Assembly (NCBI GenBank): GCA_032718475.1
Contig: JAUCBJ010002160.1
Location: 1-40,113 of the forward strand
Origin: Nemertoderma westbladi
Taxonomy: Eukaryota > Animalia > Xenacoelomorpha
DNA: 40,113 nucleotides
Direction: 5' to 3'
A program made the position numbers and the translations under genes. Positions 33,807 to 40,113 of this stretch are shown here, piece by piece. The notes below the pieces were generated by a model that worked only from the letters and a program-made list of their open reading frames with translations, had not been told where the DNA came from and searched no databases. Every line of letters begins with the position of its first letter. The stretch's first letter is position 1.

Positions 33807-34442
33807 ATGACAATGGCAGATGTTATAGATTCTCACCGTATCAGGTACTTTGTAGAATCACAGTTAAATAAAACGAATCGACACTGGGCTGCTAACAAAG
33901 CTGCTGTTGAGAGAAATGAGAAAGCAATCAAGGAAATTAAAAATCAGATAGTCTCGAGGAAGACTATCTGGAGCTTAAATGCGGAGAAAAAAATCGAGTG
34001 CGAACGAGTTTTACAAAAATTAAACAAAAACTTTGTTATGGAGGGTCTCAGAATGGAATACACAGATAAACAAAAACAAATGAAGGAAAAATACCTTGAA
34101 GCAAAGGGAGACACCGGAGAAGTCGAAGCTGTCAAGGAATGCAGCGATGTTGCGAAAGATATTGAGGAGAGTAAGGAAGATATCGAGGAAGACAACAAAT
34201 TAATATACGATTTGAATCGAATACGTATGAAACTTGAAAATTCTAACGTTGCGAAAAAATCTTTGAATGTGAGTTTCGAGTCACTTTTGGCTCAGGCGGA
34301 AAATCAAGTGTTAGAGATGAACCGACATATGAAAGACAACGAAGTAGTGCCAGAATGTGAAGAGGTAAAATCATCAGCCATTCAGAACAACGCAGTGAAA
34401 TGTCTGTCTACAATTACTGAAAAGTGTGCAATCGGGCTCTGA
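33807..34442 (+). CDS. Uncharacterised 211-aa coiled-coil protein, nested on the host strand in the last CLC intron
   Basis: AAAATG start; E/K-rich heptad-like sequence; long for an ORF in this AT-rich context. Confidence 0.68.
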   Translation: MTMADVIDSHRIRYFVESQLNKTNRHWAANKAAVERNEKAIKEIKNQIVSRKTIWSLNAEKKIECERVLQKLNKNFVMEGLRMEYTDKQKQMKEKYLEAKGDTGEVEAVKECSDVAKDIEESKEDIEEDNKLIYDLNRIRMKLENSNVAKKSLNVSFESLLAQAENQVLEMNRHMKDNEVVPECEEVKSSAIQNNAVKCLSTITEKCAIGL

Positions 34443-36283
34443 ATTCCCAGTGAAAATGAAACCATAGGACCTACTGTACTGTATTGAAAAGTGGTTCAGG
34501 ATATATTTTTTTGGATCAGGTTATTCTTTTCGTTTGTGTTATGGGTCAAATAGTTCGAGATTTTATATACTGTGGTTCCACACTAGGTCTTCTGTGGGTC
34601 TATACAATAAGTGGGAGAAAAGAGCCTGATTGCTGCGCCAGCACATGATTTTAGTTGTGAACCAAAGAAGATGAAAGCTGAGCGCGTTGTCTCTTTTGCT
34701 AATAATTTGACGGGTTGCTAGTAATACTGTAAAATATATTTACAGTATATTAATTCGCCGGGTATCATTGACTAAAAGACAAACGCCTATGACAAACTTA
34801 TAGATTTAAGAATATGTAACATTCAGTAATTAATTAGTGTTATGTTGTTTTTATTGTTTTATTGACTTTCATTGGAATATATTAGCATGAAATTTACATT
34901 CAACTCAGTTGCAAGATTCATATGGGGCGAATTTTGAAGCACATCATCACCATTCTCCCACTCCCGTTGAGGTTTATTGACATACACACTACACAGGAGT
35001 TAGTTGGTGGGAGTCGTGATGTATAATGAATAGTATAGATGGAGAATTTACAGTAGGCCTAGTATAATGTTTGTTCAGTAATATAATATAACAGAATCGT
35101 TCAATATAATATAATCCCAAACAAATGTCCTCACCTCACATGGGGTCGTTTCACGTACAGTAGGTAGGGTGAGAATGATGTTCTAACACGAAAGAGTAAG
35201 CACAATAATCAAACCTCGGTGTATATACTGTAGTACCGAGTATGGTAACAATACCATTATTATAATAGTGATCGTTTGGCACTTACAATAAATACAAATT
35301 GACACCCCTTATTGGCCGTGTTTCTAGTGAGGTCATTCTATATTATCTTTTAGTTGGTTCTACCCCACATGCCTCATAGCATTGTATTTGTTTTGTGTTC
35401 ACACCTTCTTACCACTACCACATTTCGTAGACGTACGTGGGGACTGCGCGCAGGACATAAGTCCAGATGAGCCTTTGGGTAGAGGTACAATTAGTGGACC
35501 AAGTCATTCGCCCCCTAGCGGCAGACAAATCTGGCTCTCTGTATAATTTCTAAGTTTAAATAAATTTTGATTTTTTTGTACAATAAATTTTGATAGAATA
35601 CATGTGTACCAAGTTTGGTTCCATTTCATCAATGATTGACCGACTTATTAGCACTCAAAAATTTCCGACGACGACCACGTCCACTAATTATACCCCTACT
35701 CTAAGGCTCACCACATAGCCATTGTTCTCTAATAAAATTCCGAACTAACATATTTCAAGGCAAAACCGCGTGGTTTATCTGGCTCGTAGTCTTCATCTCC
35801 CTCATATTATTAAACAATAATTCATGGAACTTGGATCTTTAACTAAACTTGATTGAAATGTGGGAGGAGGATTATGGTTTATTAATACCTGGTTGAAGAT
35901 ATAAAACATGGTTGGAATGACATACCGGTGTGTGTATAAATTGTATAGGTGTTTGTATAAAATTAGACTGCAGTAGTACAATGGGGTGTGTGGGTGGAGT
36001 GGGGGCTTTACATAAGAATGGTTGATTTATGCTCAGAACCTGCAAAATGGCATTTGATTTGTTGAAATAATGATTCTAATTAGAAAATGCCAACCCCTGA
36101 CATAAACATTAAACGTAGAGATAAATACCCATTCGTTTCCCATGTACCATACTATTATTATTACTTCTATGCGTCCATTACAGTATTATTGCTTAGGTAT
36201 CCGCAACCCTTATTAAAAAATGTTTAACAGCTTATTGAACAATCGAAATTTACTGTATTTCTCTAAAATATGTTTATTTACAG

Positions 36284-36575
36284 AAACGCCTACCCTGGTT
36301 ACCCCCAGTTGGACGAAATAAAACTAACCAATGAGGAGGCTCAGTGCATTCTTGATCTGACCAGCTATATGAACCCATCACCTTATACGGTAGCAGAGGA
36401 CAGCAGTCTGCCGCGTATGTTCTGTTTGTTCAGAGCAATTGGTTTGCGCCATCTAGTGGTTGTAAACGATTGTAACGCCGTCGTCGGGATGGTTACAAGG
36501 AAGGACATGGCAAAGTTTAGAGTGTGGCAGTTTGGTGGAAGAATGGGGGTGGAAGAAATTAGTATATCGCAATAG
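36284..36575 (+). CDS. CLCN7: CLCN7-like terminal coding exon (CBS2 domain)
   Basis: tttacag|A AAC GCC TAC; NAYPGYP...LDLTSYMNPSPYTV...LFRAIGLRHLVVVN...VVGMVTRKDMA; TAG stop. Candidate AATAAA at ~36924. Confidence 0.93.
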
Positions 36576-36666
36576 TGTGGAAATTGTTTATTATAATTAA
36601 AGTAATGAGGATTATTAATATATTATGAATTAGGCCTATATTTATTTATTTTATATATTTACTTAA

Positions 36667-36896
36667 GTAAAAAAACGTTACCGGTAAGTGTGTTAGTACC
36701 AAAGTATGTAAAATCTAAAAAGTAACAAGACATAGACGTCGCATGCAATCAGTCATCAGCTGACGGAAGCCAGCTGATAGGTAGGTTTCGCGCCGCCAGC
36801 TAAAGGCACTCCCAGGAGGCCAAGCAAGGAACGGAACGGGTATTGAAATTAAGAGAGAGGTGTGTAACTAACACACCTACCTGTAAGGTTTTTTAC
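36667..36896. mobile_element. ~230-bp MITE with ~30-bp imperfect TIRs, TTAA-flanked, in the probable CLC 3' UTR
   Basis: TTAA|GTAAAAAAACGTTACCGGTAAGTGTGTTAG ... CTAACACACCTACCTGTAAGGTTTTTTAC|TTAA. Confidence 0.75.
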
Positions 36897-37874
36897 TTAA
36901 CGTGCTTGACCCATGGTTTGACAAATAAATAAATATAATTTGTTACTCAAGCTTCTACTTCCATTAATATATTAATAAATTATTGATGTTTTGCACCATA
37001 TTATTTTTCACACTTCTTTCGCGCGTATTTTGGCTAAAGTGGGATATAAACTATTAAAAAATATAAATAGTAATTTAACAAGTAGGCCTAATGTAATTTG
37101 TACAAGTAATATGTACAAAGTTAAATACAATGTTGAATGAAAAATGCACAACCATTATTTTTATGGCAACACCAAGAAAAAATGTGTTATGGAGGAATAT
37201 ATTTCAAGCAATGTTTCATGATTTGAGCATGGGGCGTCTAGTACAGTATTTGACAGTATTTCACAGAGAAATTGTTGGAAAACTGATACAAATGATTCGA
37301 TTCTTGGTATCGAATGCCTGAAGAAAGTTGGTTTTATTAAAAAAAAATTTAAAAGCAATTCGCGGGCAATACTATACTTGATAAGCTTCCACAACCGAAG
37401 AGAGCAGACCCAAACTTCGACCTTGGCCTAGACAAATTCCCTACAACCGGAGAGTTAGGTGTTAAGTGGGACTTTTGGGGCTATTGGGGATTTAAGCTCG
37501 TACAACAGGGCAGAAGATCTGTGAAGATGTGATTTATACTTGTCTAATCTCTTAAGCCGTTGCACTTGATCCCCAGTCGATAGTCCAATAGCCAGTATAA
37601 GTATTAGAACCGTCTTTACCTAAATGTATTTAAATGGAATATTTCGTAGTTTATTAATTCTATACAGTATTATTTCTTATAGAATCTCTTAATAAAGGTG
37701 ATTTATGTTGCAGTGCTTTCCAATTTACTGATTATATATTTAAAGTAAAATATCAGAAATTTGATACATTTTAAGACTACATTCTTTTTGATATTATATA
37801 CTGTATGTGGTAAGTAACTTAATGCGGTATATATCAACATTTAATACTCACAATAGTTAGCATTTTTCTCAATA

Positions 37875-38208
37875 TTATTAGCAAGTCGTAGGACTTGATT
37901 ACTGTAAGAATTGTTGACTGACTGGCTGGCTGACTGACTGACTGGCTGGCTGACTGACTGACTGATCTACAGCCAAAACTACTCTAACGATTTTGATGAA
38001 ATTTTCACAGCGGCTAGATACCGCGATTCTAATGTCCCTGGTATGTTCCGCTATTTCGTCCATGAGCCGTGGGCTCGAAAAATAGAGATTAACGAAAAAA
38101 CGCCATAGGCGCAATGGTAAAATAACACCAATGACAGCTTGTTGATGGAATTTACATTTGATTGATGACTTCCGACTTGCTTAACGGCGTCTTGACGCCG
38201 TCTCTAGT
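37875..38208 (+). mobile_element. Compact Helentron/DINE-1-like non-autonomous element
   Basis: subTIR AGCAAGTCG (37880) / CGACTTGCT (38173), 5' hairpin CAAGTC-GTAG-GACTTG, (CTGA/CTGG)n microsatellite, 3' stem-loop ACGGCGTC-TT-GACGCCGT then CTAG. Confidence 0.8.
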
Positions 38209-39991
38209 ATAACAGAACAGTTAATAAAATTATTTAAACAAGTTGATATAAATTCGTTTTAACAATAAGTTTACAGCGCTTCAGCTATATTAAATATTCA
38301 TTCAGCAATTTGAAGTTAAAATATAATTTGAATTAAACGCTACGGTGGATTATTCCACTCAATTTATCATGAAATAATTATTTGCCTCAGTTTCCATCTG
38401 GTGTAACTTTAATAGTTAAACACGTCAACATTGCTTGCGAATCACTAAATTATTATAAGTATAATTTATTAAATTGTTGGGCGTAACTACGTCAATAATA
38501 TATTATTTGCTAACGCCATTGTCAATCTTTAAACAAACTGATACAATTTCGTGGTAATTGAGCAATTATTGTAGCCTACAAAGATAATGCCCCAGTTACT
38601 AGCGACAATTTCCCAAAGTCGACAAATCACATAATTGTACTGTACAGTATATCCAATGCAGTCCGTAAGTCTTCTTTTCATCATCAGGCAATTTCAATTT
38701 TTGAGTGATTCTGAAAACTATGTTCGATGCTGCTTATCCTAAACTCGTGGTTCCCCTCAGACTCTCCAACTCTTTTGGTGCTGTTTGAATTTCCTAAAGC
38801 CTTTGGTACTGACTGCCTATACAACGCTATTTGTCTTTCTATCCAACCGTGTACATGTATTTCAGCAAGGGTCGCGTTTCGGAAAATAATTTACGTTTCA
38901 GCATAAATTAATGTGCTATCCGTTAAGAGACTTTTTGCACTATTAAGACGTTTTTGATAAATGGATCTTTTTTTCCAAATGCATGAGCTCATTCTAACTT
39001 ATCATTCTGGCACCAGTCCTGGGTGTTACGTCTATAACGTTTCATAAGATGACGCAACACAAACGTGCTTTAATTCCACTGAGTAATTGATTACGTTGAG
39101 TTAGGCCTACTTCTCTTTGAATAAACTAAAAATTACACTATATTTTGGCGAATCACATAACTAGCTTTACCGATTTCATTCCAGAGGAATGAAACACTGG
39201 AAGTGCATACACAGAAAACGAAACTTTTGTACACTTTTATTCACATTTTGTGTAGAGCAGGTGCATCATTTATAATTCGACTATTTTTGAGAAACCACCT
39301 GTTACTGTAGAGTGCATTTTTTAGCACTGAATTCATTAAGTATGATAAATTTTTACCTAAAATAATGGTATAAAATCGAAACTAAATCGAAAATCCCATT
39401 TTTCAAAATTAGTGGGGAGAGGGTGACCTTTTCATGGAATGAGCCAGCATCCCCCTACCGTTTAATTTTTTTTCAAATTTTTTTTTATTATTTATTCAGA
39501 TTTTTAAGCAGATTTTTATCAAGATTCACATTTGAAAACCGTTTATAGCAAATTCTCACTTACTTCTCGAGATATAATTAGGTAGTGAGTGACAAGCCGA
39601 CTTAAGGGCGTCGCAGTGTTCCAATACTTTAATAGGATGGTAGTGCAAGAGTTTTATCGCCCCGATAAAAAAATATGTTAGTTATTGTACAGATATGATA
39701 AACCGAGATATGGCTGTCTGTGTCCGTCAATAGAAAGCATACTATCTATCCCTAAAAAATTCCTTATATGGGTTTTCGAGGTCGGTGACAATATTACTGG
39801 TGTCATCTTTCACATTTGGCCTCGACGTTTCTGCCCGTATGCCTGTCAGTCAAAATATAACCGATAGCCTGATAGCCCAAAAGACAATTTGGAATTCATC
39901 AAATGTTAAAACTGACACTCGAAATGAATTCTGCGACCAGGAAAACCCCTATAACTAAACTTTTAGCTAGATGGTGTGACCTTTTCTTATA

Positions 39992-40113
39992 CACCATGTC
40001 CTGGAATATAGTGCCGTTATTATGGAACAGTCACCACCCCCCCCCCCCCCCCCCTCCCCCAAATTTTTCTACAAATCTTAATGAGATTGCATGAAATTTG
40101 AAACAGAGTTAGT
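39992..40113. mobile_element. Terminus of another copy of the TA-flanked foldback family, running off the window
   Basis: TA|CACCATGTCCTGGAATATAGTG...poly-C...CTACAAATCTTA...GAAATTTGAAACA matches the reverse complement of ~26785-26900. Confidence 0.7.

Noticed and set aside
37899-38114. 71-aa ORF with SQSV repeats
   Set aside because: Translation of the (CTGA/CTGG)n microsatellite inside a non-autonomous element.

Overview
AT-rich, repeat-dense eukaryotic (probably invertebrate animal) genomic DNA, not prokaryotic. The backbone is the 3' part of a CLC-family chloride/proton exchanger gene most similar to CLCN7, on the + strand. Five phase-compatible GT-AG exons can be assembled by eye (4137-4690, 14575-14680, 26935-27094, 31966-32184, 36284-36575); upstream exons lie outside the window. 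Its introns hold four apparent nested protein genes: a three-exon secreted, GPI-type Ly6/uPAR (three-finger) gene (- strand), an intronless 436-aa coiled-coil ORF (+), an intronless RNF8-like RING protein with no FHA domain and a C-terminal membrane anchor (-), and an intronless 211-aa coiled-coil ORF (+). The introns also carry layered mobile DNA: an apparently intact two-ORF LINE, two RTE copies with 11-bp TSDs, a probable Sola relic, Helentron-like non-autonomous elements and several MITEs. The most striking object is a Penelope-like element (18821-24887, - strand) with a 12-bp TSD, an inverted pseudo-LTR and a variant minimal hammerhead ribozyme. A ~1.1-kb frame-preserving Thr/Asn/Pro-rich coding tandem repeat runs up to its RT catalytic FVDD motif, with one frameshift. 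All calls are by eye; no searches were run.
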